DNA from: Wolbachia endosymbiont of Litomosoides sigmodontis
Lineage (GTDB): Bacteria > Pseudomonadota > Alphaproteobacteria > Rickettsiales > Anaplasmataceae
Length of the DNA: 32,000 nucleotides
Direction: 5' to 3'
Assembly (NCBI RefSeq): GCF_013365435.1
Contig: NZ_CP046577.1
Location: 120,001-152,000 of the forward strand
The translations under genes and the position numbers were made by a program. The notes under the pieces were generated by a model. The model was given only the letters and a program-made list of their open reading frames with translations, ran no database searches and was not told the DNA's origin. Shown here in pieces: positions 29,243 to 32,000 of the stretch (within the stretch, counting starts at the first letter, position 1; the number at the start of each line of letters is the position of its first letter).

Positions 29243-29955
29243 TAATATTAATTCTTATTGTTGATAGATCAAATGAGTGACATTACAAAGTTATTTAATT
29301 GCGGAATGAGAAAAGAGAGGTAGTAAGTTTGTCTAAAGCATTTTTAAGCGAAGCAATTATATTATAGACTTTATTACACAAAATGTTCTGTTTTATATAC
29401 ATCTAAAGAGTCTCTGTAATAGAATTGAGTTCAGGTGAGTATGGTGTAGGTATATAATCTCTATATTTTTAGGTATCTTTAAATCTTTGATTTATTATAA
29501 CTAACATAATCTCTGACAAAAAAGTCTTCTCTTATTCTTAAATATTGTGATATTTGTTTGAGAAATATATTCATATAATTAGTGTTACATCAGTGCAACT
29601 AAGTATAGTTCTCTCTATTTCTAGGATAATTACTCTGTAAGAGATAAAAATTTAGTCTACCTAATTTTACTTTAACCTGTGTTCTAATACCATTTTTTAA
29701 ACTACCATTGTCCAACTTTTGAATGTTGGTTAAATCGCAATTTATCAAAGTAAAGACAACTTTTGTTTAGGATGCTTGCCAATAATCTCATTAAGTTTTT
29801 TAAAATTTTTCCTATCTACTTTAGACTGTTCATTGCAAGTTGGTCTTGGCGTAATATATGAAAACTTCATTTTTTACATATTACAATGTACTGTAATCTT
29901 GCTGACATTCAAGTAAATTTTTTCTAGATTTTTAATTCTCATTTCTTTAATTGCT
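29243..29955 (-). mobile_element. 5'-truncated dead IS630-family element (about 0.71 kb, 3' two-thirds only)
   Basis: It starts gcTA|ATATTAATTCTTATTGTTGATAG.. and is collinear with the other copies through ..MKFSYITPRPTCNEQSKVDRK.. (minus strand). Homology stops at about 29955 (..tctcatttctttaattgc), about 95 nt upstream of icd. Confidence 0.8.
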
Positions 29956-30050
29956 CACGTTATTAAATAACTTTAAATATGCTAATTTAATTAAAATTGA
30001 CCCGCTCTATTATTTGAATTAATATTAAATCGTTTGTAGTTAAGGAAGTT

Positions 30051-31478
30051 ATGTCAACACCAATCACAGTTGCATATGGTGACGGCATCGGACCGGAGAT
30101 TATGGAAGCGGTGCTGTCGATATTGCGTCAGGCAGAGGCAAAGATTTCAATAGATGTTATTGAAATAGGGGAGCGTATTTATAATAAGGAATGGTCCCAC
30201 GGAATTTCTCCAAGTGGTTGGGAATCTATTGAAAGAACGAAGATATTGCTTAAGTCTCCAACAACAACTCCACAAGGTAAAGGGCACAAAAGCTTAAATG
30301 TTGCGCTTAGAAAAAAGCTAGAGTTATATGCAAATATTAGACCATGCATTTCATATCATCCTGTTATAGAAAATAAATTCGATAAGTTTGATATTGTAAT
30401 AATACGCGAAAATGAAGAGGACCTTTATACAGGAATGGAGCATAGACTCACCGGTGATTCCTACCAGTGCACCAAAATTATTACTAGATCTGGATCAGAA
30501 AAAATATGTAGGTACGGTTTTGAGTATGCAAAAAGATATAATAGGGAGAAAATAACTTGTCTGACTAAAGATAACATAATGAAAATGACCGACGGCACTT
30601 TCCATACAGCATTTGATTCTATTGCAAAAGAATACCCAGATATAAAGGCAGAACATTATATAGTTGATATTGGAATAGCACGTGTTGCCACAGAACCGGA
30701 AAATTTTGATGTTATAGTAACTGAGAACTTATACGGAGATATATTGTCAGACATAGTAGCACAAACTTCAGGTTCTATAGGACTTGCTGGAAGTAGTAAT
30801 ATAGGTAGTAAGTATGCAATGTTTGAAGCAGTTCATGGTTCTGCTCCTGATATTGCAGAAAAAAATATAGCTAATCCTTCTGGCCTTTTAAATGCTGCAG
30901 TGCATATGTTGATCTATATAGATCAAGCAGATGTTGCAAAATTAGTTTACGATGCGTGGCTAAAGACTTTGGAGAGTGGGATACATACTGCTGATTTATA
31001 TAGAGAGAAAAGGAGTAAACGGAAAGTTGGTACAAAAGAGTTTGCAGAAGCTGTTATAGATAATCTAGGGAAGAAACCTGAAATATTACCTAGTCTTGTA
31101 ATTAGCAGTGGTGTGAGTAGTGAAATGAGTAAAATACAAAGTAACTTTGAACAAGACTATAAAGTTAGGAAATTGGTTGGTAGTGATATAACACTTGCTT
31201 GGGATGGATCAAGTAATTTTGATCAAATAGTAAAATTATTTGAATTAAGTAATCTGAAGGTTATAGCAATATATTCAAAAGGACTAGAGATTTGGCCTGG
31301 GTATTCAAAATCTTCGAGTGACCAAGTGACTTGCAGGTTTGTTGTAAATAATGAAAAGAAAATTATTACAAACAGTGATGTAAATGACCTGCTAATCAAA
31401 CTCGAAGAAAATAGATTTGATGTGGTGAGAATGGATAAGTTATATTTGTATGATGAAAAAAAGGGGTTTTTTTCTTGA
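30051..31478 (+). CDS. icd: Isocitrate dehydrogenase (NADP-type, isopropylmalate-dehydrogenase-like fold) with a C-terminal extension of about 130 aa
   Basis: 475 aa. It carries the isocitrate/isopropylmalate dehydrogenase signature NLYGDILSDIVAQTSGSIGLAGSSNIG, plus SLNVALRKKLELYANIRP, IIRENEEDLY and FEAVHGSAPDIA. Confidence 0.93.
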   Translation: MSTPITVAYGDGIGPEIMEAVLSILRQAEAKISIDVIEIGERIYNKEWSHGISPSGWESIERTKILLKSPTTTPQGKGHKSLNVALRKKLELYANIRPCISYHPVIENKFDKFDIVIIRENEEDLYTGMEHRLTGDSYQCTKIITRSGSEKICRYGFEYAKRYNREKITCLTKDNIMKMTDGTFHTAFDSIAKEYPDIKAEHYIVDIGIARVATEPENFDVIVTENLYGDILSDIVAQTSGSIGLAGSSNIGSKYAMFEAVHGSAPDIAEKNIANPSGLLNAAVHMLIYIDQADVAKLVYDAWLKTLESGIHTADLYREKRSKRKVGTKEFAEAVIDNLGKKPEILPSLVISSGVSSEMSKIQSNFEQDYKVRKLVGSDITLAWDGSSNFDQIVKLFELSNLKVIAIYSKGLEIWPGYSKSSSDQVTCRFVVNNEKKIITNSDVNDLLIKLEENRFDVVRMDKLYLYDEKKGFFS

Positions 31479-31486
31479 ATTATTAT

Positions 31487-31507
31487 AAAGAGCTTGGCCT
31501 CTTTTTT
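31487..31507 (+). terminator. Weak candidate intrinsic terminator after icd
   Basis: aaagag-cttggc-ctcttt gives a 6-bp stem and 6-nt loop, followed by a T-run (ttt). It begins 9 nt after the icd stop. The stem is short and AT-rich. Confidence 0.25.
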
Positions 31508-32000
31508 AAAGGAGCGGCATAAGAAATTGATATTTGTAAATCACTCTAATAAAAATAGAGACAATAATAGGTTTATATAGCTTCATCAAGCTGATGAAGA
31601 GCTGAAAAAATATATTAAACCTTTAGAACACTGTGGAACACATATATTAAAGTTAGTGTGGTGCTGAAGGTGAATTGATGTCTATAACTCAAAAAGTCAA
31701 AGACTTTTTGTTTGAAGAAGACTTAATTTATAAGGTCCAAGTTTAGATATCTTCAAAAAAGGGATGAAAATTAAAAAGTTCATGCAAAAACTGAATCAAT
31801 ATCAAGCAAAGCATACAATTATTCAATTATATTATTTTTTTAGGAAAAGGTAGGAGTGCTTTTGAAGAGGATAAAAAGATCTTGGCATTAGAATTCATGT
31901 TGCATAAAAAAATGTCTGAAAAGGAAGGTGCTTTACCTTTAGATCTATTAATTACCAATTGCTGTAGGCTGTTATTTACTATGTAGAATAGTAGCATTTG

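Noticed and set aside
1-32000. A search for CRISPR arrays, tandem repeats, prophage (WO-like) modules, toxin-antitoxin or cif-like operons, or any intact multi-gene accessory or defence system.
   Set aside because: The only repeated sequence family I can see is the dispersed IS630-type element, which has no short direct-repeat/spacer periodicity. Every intact ORF longer than 180 aa is assignable to a housekeeping family or to the OMP, PLD or PgpA-like singletons. The accessory-type genes (AAA+ ATPase, Rpn-like nuclease, transposases) are all dead. I therefore do not claim a novel system here.

Overview
**Overall call.** This is AT-rich, gene-dense sequence from a reduced alphaproteobacterial endosymbiont. 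The gene content fits Wolbachia / Anaplasmataceae: a Wsp-like Surface_Ag_2 outer-membrane protein, split glyQ/glyS, a scattered nuo operon, hemB, a 475-aa Rickettsiales-type icd, and an Rpn-like PD-(D/E)XK gene. That taxonomic call is inference from protein recognition, not a database search.

**Contents.**
- About 17 apparently intact genes, nearly all core housekeeping: dsbA-like, ubiD, a PLD/Nuc-family protein, a small ORF, nuoG, nuoH, hemB, pyrD, the outer-membrane protein, gatC, prs, uvrC, glyS, glyQ, a pgpA-like protein and icd.
- Four clear pseudogenes: an AAA+ ATPase, an Rpn-family PD-(D/E)XK nuclease, RNase III (rnc), and an MtaB-like methylthiotransferase.
- Eight fragments of one heavily decayed IS630/Tc1-mariner-family insertion sequence. 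By eye they cover roughly 5.9 kb, about 18% of the window.

**What I did not find.** No tRNA, rRNA, CRISPR array, prophage module, or intact multi-gene accessory or defence system. I do not think this window contains a novel protein-based system.

**Most unusual structure.** A roughly 1.5-kb foldback composite occurs twice with the same junction. Each consists of a full IS copy abutting an inverted 430-445 bp copy of its own 3' part, and the arms appear to co-vary within each locus.

**Other points worth checking.** Decay of rnc inside its catalytic signature, a promoter-preceded 70-aa ORF in front of nuoG, and a PgpA-like protein with a degenerate catalytic motif.

**Limits.** All repeat and pseudogene boundaries were placed by eye and are good to about +/-5-15 bp.
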